In this document: piece after piece, positions 39,799-49,969 of the stretch
Numbering within the stretch: the first letter of the stretch is position 1
Layout: each line of letters starts with the position of its first letter
Assembly: GCA_012295275.1 (NCBI GenBank)
Contig: CM022673.1
Coordinates: 14,756,001 to 14,820,000, forward strand
DNA from: Chrysomallon squamiferum
Taxonomy: Eukaryota; Animalia; Mollusca
Direction of reading: 5' to 3'
DNA: 64,000 nt
Made by a program: the position numbers and the translations under genes
Notes under the pieces: generated by a model
The model's database searches: none
The model's input: only the letters and a program-made list of their open reading frames with translations
What the model was told of the DNA's origin: nothing

Positions 39799-39990
39799 GT
39801 TAAGTTAGAAATGCCAAGGAAACTGTAATGTGTAACATAAACATGTTTTCAGTGATCTCGTTCTCAAGACTGATAACAGATAACACAGATCATTTCTTTA
39901 TATATCTTTTTTTTTTGTCCAATCAGTCACCACTACCGGTACATCCGGGTTGAGAGAGGTCCCAAGGTTCCTGTGAACAATACCATTCTT
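39799..39990 (-). pseudogene. Orphan CBM14 promoter/exon-1 copy with an in-frame stop
   Basis: ATG at 39844-39842 reads MFMLHITVSLAFLT then TAA; the donor is mutated. TATA at ~39897-39904 and the upstream cassette is retained. Confidence 0.75.
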
Positions 39991-40021
39991 AGGAAATTAT
40001 TTTTGGTGGGGAGGCCAAATG

Positions 40022-40088
<67 letters not shown>

Positions 40089-40195
40089 TAAAGAATAAAA
40101 AGTAATAATAATAATAATTTAAATTTAAAAAAATAGATATATAAAGAAATGATCTGTTTTATCTGTTATCAGTCTTGTGAACGAGATCACTGAAA

Positions 40196-41857
40196 ACGTT
40201 TATTTTACACTTCACAGTTTTCTTGGCATTTGTAACAGGAGGTAGCTTTTATTTTTTTTTTCTATAAATTCAAAAAATAATAACAAAATTTTATTTTAAA
40301 AACATTTGTTAACTTCTGTTTATAACATTGTGTTGTTGTTTTTTTCTCTCTGTGTTTCTGCGTCTAAATACGTACATGCCTACATAACATACATACGTGT
40401 GTGTGTGTATATATTTAAAAAGCTTTGATGAAGTATTTGTTTAACATTATTTATAAATCTATCGTGTTTAATTTGAACAAGTGTTTTGTGTCGACTGTAC
40501 ATATATGCCGGACGGAGTTTATCGTCAAAGTTCTCGAGAATTTGTCCGCTGTGAGAATCACGTGGCGAGCTTGATTACGTGTGAAGAGGGCGCTGTATTT
40601 AACAGCAGAACTGAGCAATGTGAGGAGTAAGTAAAAAATTACGAATCTTTTTTTATTCAAACATTATAAAGATATTATGAATCAAAATTTTGCATTGTTT
40701 TTACCAGTGTTTTAAAATGTTTTCGTGGTGAAAATACTTTATTTTCTTTTTTAATAAATATAAATTTGCAAATAATTTTGTTTTCATAACAAGAGAAAAG
40801 GCCATAAAAAAGTGCAATATTCAGAGATAATTCAAAGAGACTTATTATATTTATAAAACTTTGCTCTTTGAATTTTTTTCCGCTGTTTTTACTTTGGACA
40901 GTATAAACGAACAGTAAAAGTCAATGTCTAATGTTTTGTTCTCTTGCCAACATAAACATTAAAAAGGGAAAAGTGTAAATATTTGTATCTTAATAAAACG
41001 TAATACCTTCTATACTTGTTTTAGCATCAACCAAAATAAATAAATAAATAAATAAATAATTACACGATTAAATATAAAATTGTAAATGTTTATATTTAGT
41101 ACTAAAATCAGAATTGTAAATATCAGTCTTTCTGTTGTTCTCCATTCTAACCTTTAGCAAGATAAAGCTGATATCTAAAGAAAGTAACTAGCTATTCTCG
41201 ATATATATTATAAATGCTTGTATTTTAGTACTTGCAATGTAAATTATAAATGTTTGTTTTTTAGTACTAAAAATGTAAATTATAAAGGTTTATCTTTTAC
41301 TACTACAAATGTAAAATTGTAAATGTTTGCATTTTAGTCCTTCCGACGTAGAGTCAATATATAGTGTTTTCAGAGACTGTACAAAGAAACCAGACGGAAG
41401 CTACCCAGACTATTCTGAAAACTGCAGAACATACTACACATGTCACGCAGGAACATTTTTCGGTAATACTTTCTGTACACCAGGTGACACATTCACATCA
41501 TTATTTTTATTAATTTTCTTTACAATAACGATAAAACAAGAAAAAGAACAACAACAACTACTACTACTACTATACTATTATAGAAAGCTTAGGATGTCAG
41601 AAAAATTAACTTGCCATCGGGCCCGTAGATTTATTAGTTTAAAATTTATTATTATTATTAAATCAAAGGACAAAGAAAATTAATGTTAAGTAATAATAAT
41701 AATAATAATTCATTCAGGTATTTTTACATTCTCTGACACATGTACATGTTATTACGACACATTTATTTGAAATATTTCAGGCACTGTTTTCAATGAAGAA
41801 ATTCAGACTTGTGGCTGGCCGAGTGACGTCAAGACACCTTGTGGTACAAAACTATAG
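40196..41857 (+). CDS. Two-domain CBM14 protein, copy 5; ATG lost (in-frame ACG), possibly a pseudogene
   Basis: Exons 40196-40241, 40482-40626, 41338-41483, 41781-41857 are open with intact splice sites. GAAAACATGTTT has become GAAAACGTTT, and domain-1 Cys2 and Cys6 are both substituted. Confidence 0.65.
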
Positions 41858-42471
41858 ACCAGCAGAAATAAAACACGCGAATTTACCGAGGAACAGATTC
41901 ACACTTATTTGTAAACAGCAGCATCACGATTTAGTTAACATGTATTTTGTGTTAAAATAGTTATCAGCAGCGTGAAGATTTAGTTAACATGTATTTTGTG
42001 TTATAACAGATAACAGTGACGATTTAGTTAACATGTATTTTGTGTTATAACAGATAACAGTGACGATTTAGTTAACATGTATCTGTGTTATAACAGTTAA
42101 TAGCAGTCTGATTATTTAGTCAACACGTATTTGTGTTATAACAGTTGACAACAGCTTGATGTCTTAGCACGAATTCACGGATGTTTGTGGCTAGTCAGCA
42201 GATTTTGGTTTATAACATAAATGCAGTTCTCATCTGAAGGATTATTTCCAGTATTTCAGTAATTAATTCTTATAACATAATCACATAATCGAATGAATTG
42301 CGAATGAAAAAAAAACAAAAACAAACAAAACAACAAAAAAACACCTAGAGATAACAAACAAAAGAACAATGTTGATAAGTTCGGTTTAGATATATAATTT
42401 TATTGTCCTGTTGATAAAACACAAATTACACGATTAACGAGGTTCTTTGTTTTCTGTTTATTTCTGCTGGT

Positions 42472-43190
42472 CTATGGTTTTGTACCACAAGGCCTCTTGA
42501 CGTCACTCGGCCAGTCACAAGTTTGAAGGTCTTCACTGAAAACAGTGCCTGAAATATTTTAAATAAATGTGATGTAATAAGAAAATAGTGTCAGTGACAA
42601 CTGTTGTCGTTGTTTCTGCTTTTGATTGTTTGCTTTCATTGTTGTTTTATTGTTTATTTTTCGTTTTTGTTTGTTGTTGTTTTTTATTTTTTATTTTTTT
42701 TATTTTTATTTTTATTTTTTTGATATGCGACGGAAAACAATTTCACCCAGGACATAAATCGTTTAGTACTTATTAAATCAAAACCTTTTTCTAGACAAGA
42801 CAACATTTTCTGATTTTTTTTCGTTGTTATAAAGAAAGTTTACAAAATACTGATGTGAATGTGTCACCTGATGTACAGAAATTATGTCCGAAAAATGTTA
42901 TTGCGTGACATGTATAGTATGTTCTGTAGTTTTCAGAATAATCTGGGAAGCTTCCGTCTGGTTTCGATGTACAGTTTCTGTGAACACCACATGGTGGCGG
43001 TACGTTCGAAGGACTAGAACAGAAACATGTATAATTATATTGTTAATACTAAAAAAACAAATTACAAAATTATAATTTTACACTAAATTACGAACCTTTG
43101 ATTACAGTGCGTACAATTTTTACTTTGTTAAATACAGATATTTTCAGTTTTACTTATATAGATAGATAGATAGATAGATAGACAGACAGT

Positions 43191-43222
<32 letters not shown>

Positions 43223-43768
43223 CTGTCTAGAGAGATTGTCTAGATTCATAGATAGATAAACAGACTGTCTTGATAGATGGACAGATGCATATATTTGTCA
43301 TGCAGTCACTATAAATAAAAGTTGGATATTATGACTAGATATATTTTTTGTTTTGTTGTAATGTTTTTAGGCTACAATCAAATGAAGACGCGTAAATCTG
43401 TTATTGTGGAGAGCGGTGAGTTGAGACGTAAAACATTAATGTCATTAGTTTTTGTTGTGTTGTCGTCATTGTCTTAAGATATCAACCCTTGGCTGAGCCC
43501 CCCTGAAGTTCGCCATTCTAACCTTTAGTAAGATAAAACTGATATCTTCAGAGAGTAATTATGTGTATGTGTGTGTGTCTTTTTTTTTTCTTTTTCTTTT
43601 TTTTTTTGTTTTGATGTACTTACTCGTCACATCGACCAGTTCTGCTATTAAATACATTGCCGTGTTCACACGTAATCAAGTTGGCCACGTGATTGTCTTA
43701 GTGGATAAATTCTCGACATCCTTGATCATAAGCTCCGTCCGTGTTATGTGTACAGTAGACACAAAACA
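42472..43768 (-). pseudogene. CBM14 copy 6, 5'-truncated
   Basis: Exons 2-4 are present (43768-43624, 43013-42868, 42548-42472). Exon 1 and the promoter are deleted (intron 1 joins the copy-7 upstream sequence near 44110-44140). Domain 2 has an unpaired Cys>Tyr change (ENYRTYY). Confidence 0.82.
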
Positions 43769-44496
43769 CTTGTTAAAATTAAACATGATAGATTTGTAAG
43801 TAACGATCTGTTAGCAGATTATGTCCTTACAAAGCAGTGTGTTTCGCCTGTATGTGTGTGCGTTTGTGTGTTGCATAGGGAGGATAAATGAAATGTGTAA
43901 GCTGAAACCTTCACAGATTAAAATAAAAATGTGTGTGTAGCAAACAGCACGTAACTTCGTGACTTTTTGCTTATCAGCATTTTGACTTCATACAACAGAA
44001 GGCTTTTGTTACAAGTAATACGTATAAAACAAGAGATGTTTATTTCTAGAAGGTGCGCGCACGTTTTTTAATGCGCTTGATTAGATGTGCAACAATAAAC
44101 AGAAAAATGATACTTTTTTCTCTCTTTTTTCTTTTTCTGTGTGTTTATGTCATTTTGCTTCTTTTTAAATGTTCAAATTAAGAAGCGTCTCTGACATTAA
44201 TTCTAGAAAATCATCTTTTAATGTGTCGTCTCAGAGGCTAAGTAAAAAAAAGATAAAAAAATAAAAATAAATAAATAAATAAATAATAATACTCATTATA
44301 AATTATCATTTCCAAAGATGGTATTGTTCACAGGAATTCTTTTTTTTTTTTTGTATGAGTAGTGGTCACCGAATGAAAACGGAAAAAAAAAAAAAAAAAA
44401 AAGTTAAATTAAAAAAAATAAAAATAAAAAAAAGGATATATAAAGAAATGATCTGTGTTATTTATTATCAGTCTTGTGAAAGAGATCACTGAAAAC

Positions 44497-44547
44497 ATGT
44501 TTATTTTACACTTTACAGTTCTCTTGGCATTTGTAACAGAAGGTAGT

Positions 44548-44582
<35 letters not shown>

Positions 44583-46360
44583 TAACTAAAATTAAAAAAA
44601 AATATATTTCATCTTTTAAACATGTGTTAGCTTCTGTTTATAATCTTGTGTTGTTTTTCTTCTCTTTGTGTTTGGGTCTATATGCATACACATATACATA
44701 AATGTCTGCATTTACACATACATATGTGTAGGCATGTATGTATGTATATATTTATTTATGTATTTGTTGAACATTACTTGTAAATCTCTCACGTTTAATT
44801 TTAACAAGTGTTTTGTGTCAACTGTACAAATAAACCGGACGGTCTTTATTATCATGACTGTGGAGAATATATCCTCTGTGAAAATCACGTGGCCCAGTTG
44901 TATAGGTGTATATTGAACACTGTATTTAACAGCAGAACTGGTCAGTGCGACAGGTAAGTTAAAAGATTACGAACCTTTTTTTTATATATACAAACATGTT
45001 AAGAATTATAAACATATATAAATTCAAACTTTTGCGTCGTTTATCCCAATGGTGAAATTGTTTTATTTTTTTTTATTATTTGTAATAATTATAATTTTTA
45101 TAATATGATTAAATATAATTTTATTTTCATAACAAGAGAAAAGGTCGGAAAAAATAATAATTATGGATAATATTCAAAGAGGATTCTTATATTTATACAG
45201 CTTTCTTCTATGAAAAAAACACAAAAAAAAAATTCCGTCTTTTTTACACTTCAGACAAATATCAATTTAAACAAATAGTAAAAGTCAAAGTCTAATTTTT
45301 TTTTCTCCTCTCAACATAAAAATTAAAAATTTGTATTTTAGTCGGTAACGAAACGTGAAATGCTTAAATATTTGTTTTAGTCTCAGGAAAAAAACACAAA
45401 AAAAAAAAACGTTACACGATTAAATATAAAATTGTAAATGTCAGTGTTTCTGTTGTTCTCCATTCTAACCTTTAGCAAGGTAAAACTGATATCTCAAGAG
45501 AGTAACTAGTTACTCTCGATATATATATATATATATATCTATATCTATACTAGAAATGTAAAATTATAAATGTTTATATTTAGTACTAACTATGTAAATT
45601 TTAAATATATGTGTTTTAGTACTAGAAATGTATAATTGTAAATATTTTTATTTTAATGCTAACGATGTAAATTATAAAGGTTTGTGGCTTAGTATTAGAA
45701 AGGTAAAAATGTAAATGTTTGTGTATTACTACTAACAATGTAATTATAAATGTTTGCGTTTAAGTACTAGAAATGTAGACTTGTAAATGTTTGCGTTTTA
45801 GTCCTATGAACGTACAGAAACCATGCGGTTATCTCAAAGACTGTTCAACTATACAAGACGGAAGTTACGCAGATCGCTCTGAAAACTGCAGAACATACTA
45901 CACATGTCAAGCAGGAATAAATTTGGGAAAAATTGCCTGTACACCAGGTGACACATTCACATAAACATTTTGTTAATTTTTCATTAGATCAAAAATATAA
46001 CAAACAATACAGAAACACCAACAGTAACTATAATATTACAGAAAGTTTAAAATGTCAGAAAAATAAACTTGCTATTGGGCCTGTAGATTTATTTATTAGT
46101 TAGAAATTTATTATTATTATTATTATTATTATTGTTGTTGTTATCATCATTATCATCATCATCACAAAACCAAAAGACAAAGAAAATTAATATTGAGTAT
46201 AATAATAATAATTCATTCAAATATTTTTACATTCCCTGGCTCATTTAAGTGTTATTACAACACATTTATTTGAAATATTTCAGGCACTGTTTTCAATGAA
46301 GAAATTCAAACTTGTGACTGGCCGAGTGATGTCAAGAGGCCTTGTGGTACAAAACCATAG
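44497..46360 (+). CDS. Secreted two-domain CBM14 protein, copy 7, intact and divergent
   Basis: Exons 44497-44542, 44809-44953, 45802-45947, 46284-46360. Reads VNCTNKPDGLYYHDCGEYILCENHVAQLYRCILNTVFNSRTGQCDSPMNVQKPCGYLKDCSTIQDGSYADRSENCRTYYTCQAGINLGKIACTPG...CDW. TATA at ~44437. Confidence 0.88.
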
Positions 46361-47337
46361 ACCAGCAGAAATAAAACACAAATTACACGATTAGCGAAGT
46401 TCTTTGTTTTCCCTTTATCAACAAGACAATAAAATTATATTTCTCATTCTCATCATCACGATTTTTTTTCTTTCTTCATTTCTTCATCTGTGTTTATTAA
46501 AAGATGGATGAAGGAAGATTTAATAAAAATAATAAATATACGAAATGAAATGAAAAACAAAGGAAATGAAATGATAAATAAATAAATAAATAAACGTCAC
46601 TTCTGTTCAGAGGTAAATAACGATAGTTACAATTTATTTCAGACATGAATATTTCTAGATTATCTTTGCTTTAAACAGCTAAAAACTCGAAGTTACCGAG
46701 GAACAGATTCACACTTTTCTGTAAACAGCAGCGTGTATTTATGTTATAATAGTTAACAGCAACGTGAAGATTTAGTTAACAGGTATTTATATAATAATAG
46801 ATAACAGTGACGATTTAGTTAACATGTATTTTGTGTTATAATAGATAACAGTGACGATTTAGTTAACGTGTATTTGTGTTATAACAGTTGACAACAGCGT
46901 GATGTCTTAGCACGAATTCACGGATGTTTGTGGTTAGTCAGCAGATTTTGGTTTATAAAATAAATGCAGTTCTCATCTGAAGGATTATTTCCAGTATTTC
47001 TGTAATTAATTTTTTATAAGATAATCACATAATCGAATGAATTGCGAATGGAAAAAAAAAAAAAAATAAAAACAAAAAAAAAAAAAGAATAATAATTAAA
47101 AAAAAAAAAAATTATAATTCACGGATGTTTTCGGTTAAAAAAAAAAATGCAGTTCTTATCTGAAGGATTATATCCAGATAACAAAATAAACAAATCATAT
47201 AAACAATGACATGGGAATAAAATAAGTTAAACAAACAACATTGGTTTCGGTTTAGAAATATAATTTTATTGTCCTGTTGATAAAACACAAATTACACGAT
47301 TAACGAGGTTCTTTGTTTTCTGTTTATTTCTGCTGGT

Positions 47338-48545
47338 CTATGGTTTTGTACCACAAGGCCTCTTGACGTCACTCGGCCAGTCACAAGTTTGAAGGTCTTC
47401 ACTGAAAACAGTGCCTGAAATATTTTAAATAGATGTGATGTAATAACAAAAATGTGCCAGTGACAATTGTTGTCGTTGTTTCTGCTATTATTTGTTTGTT
47501 TTCATTGTTTTGCTGTTGTTTATTTTTTGTTTTTGTTTGTTTTGTTTTTTTTGTCGTTTTTTTTTTTTTTTTTATGCGACGGAAAACAATTTCACCCAGG
47601 ACATAAATCGTTTAGTTCTTACTAAATCAAAACCATTTTCTAGACACGTCAACATTTTCACCTGTCATTGTAACTGTGAGACTAGTTGTATCATATCAAA
47701 GCTTATATTTTTATTTTATAAATAATTAAACATCTAAAATGAAAAAATCAGTTAAAGAGGAAAAAACAAAAACAACAATAAAAAAAGTTTTTCTATTTCT
47801 TTGAATTGTTAATATGTCATCAGTATTAAGAACATTAACAAAATGTCGATGTGAATGTATCATCTGCTGTATTGTTGTTGTTGTTCTGTTTCTGATTTTA
47901 TCGTTGTTGTAAAAGAAAGTTTACAAAATTCTGATGTGAATGTGTCACCTGGTGTACAGAAATTATGTCCGAAAAATGTTCCTCCGTGACATGTGTAGTA
48001 TGTTCTGCAGTTTTCAGAATAGTCTGGGTAGCTTCCGTCTGGTTTCTCTGTACAGTTTTTGTAAACACCGCATGGTGGCGGTACGTTCGAAGGACTAAAA
48101 CACAATCATTTACTATTCTACATTTGTCGTACTAAAATACAAACATTTATAATTATATTGTTAATACACAAAAAGTTTATAATTATTTTTATTTGTTAAA
48201 TACAGATATTTTCAGTTTTAAAAATATAGATAGATAGAGACAGACTGTTAGATAATTTTAGATAGATAGACTAAATTGTCTACAAAGATAGATAGACAGA
48301 CTGTCTTGATAGATGGACAGATGCATATATTTGTCATTTTCACTATAAATAAAGGTTAAATTATGACTAGATATTTTGCTTGTTTTGTTGTAATGTTTGT
48401 ATATCAAATAAGATAAATCTGTTACTGTGAAGAGCAGACAAATAAAACATTTTATTTTTTTTTTTGTGTTTAGAAATAACTCGTCATTGAGATATCAACT
48501 TTCGATATCTTCTAACCTTTAATAAGAGAAAACTTCATTGAGTGT

Positions 48546-48606
<61 letters not shown>

Positions 48607-49411
48607 TGCGTGTGTTTGTGTTTGTTTGTTTTTTTTTTGGGGTTACTTACTCGTCACATCGACCAGTTCTGCTATTAAATACATTGCCGTGTTCACACGT
48701 AATCAAGTTTGCCACGTGATTCTCACAGAGGATAAACTCTCGACATCCTTGATCATAAGCTCCGTCCGGTTTATTTGTACAGTCGACACAAAACACTTGT
48801 TAAAATTAAACATGAGAGATTTATAAGTAATGATATTTTAGCAAATTACATCTTAACAAACAAAAGAATGTGTTTCACCTCTGTATGGGTGTGTGTGTTT
48901 GTGTGTGTGTGTGTGTGTGTGTCTGCGGGTGTATCTGTCTGCGAGTGTGTGTTTGTGTGCGTTGCACAAGGAAGATAAATGATACATGCATGTGCAAACT
49001 GATACTTTTACAGATTAAAATAATAATTTGTGTGTGGCAAACAGCACGTAACTTGGTCATTTTGTATTTATCAGCTTTTTTATTTCGTACAGCAGCAGGC
49101 CGATCTTAAAAAATAACATTTCTAAAACAACAGATGTTTGATTTTAGAAAGTGCGCACACGTTTTTATGCGTCTGTTTAGAAGTACAAAAATAAATAGTC
49201 GATGATGCATTATTTTAGTCTAATGAACAAATTAAATAATTATAAAAATAAAAAAAAAAAAAGAGAAAAAAATTATGCATCAGAATGTAACAATGTGTTT
49301 AATTTGAAAAGTAAAACTGAGTTATTATTTTAATAATTTAAGTTTTACGTAATAACAAATATTACCTGTTGTTACAAATGCCAAGAAAACTGTAAAGTGT
49401 AAAATAAACAT
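47338..49411 (-). CDS. Secreted two-domain CBM14 protein, copy 8, intact
   Basis: Exons 49411-49366, 48795-48651, 48094-47949, 47414-47338. Open frame with 12 domain cysteines. TATA at ~49465-49471. Confidence 0.9.
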
Positions 49412-49583
49412 GTTTTCAGTGATCTCGTTCACAAGACTGATAACTGATAAAGCAGATTTTTTCTTTATATATCCATTTTTTTTTGGTCTTGTCAGTCACT
49501 ATTACTGATACATCCGGGTTATGGGAGGTCCCAGGGTTCCTGTGAACAATACCATCTTTGGAAATGATTTTTTAAAATGGTTA

Positions 49584-49629
<46 letters not shown>

Positions 49630-49715
49630 AATTTAACCTCAGATTAAAAGTTGATTTTCTAAAATTGATGTCAGAAACGTTTTCTAATTTGAACATTTAA
49701 AACTAAAACAAAAAT

Positions 49716-49756
<41 letters not shown>

Positions 49757-49969
49757 TAAAGAGTATAAATAATATAAAACAAATAAAATTAAAAATATCT
49801 ACATGTTACAGTGAACTTTAGTTACCCTTTACTAAAGTCAAAAATTTACGTTAAGTTACAAATACCAAGGAAACTAAAATGTTTTCAGTGATGCTGTTCA
49901 CAAGACTGATAACAGATAATACTGGTCATTTCTTTATATAACCATTATTATTATTATTATTATTATTAG

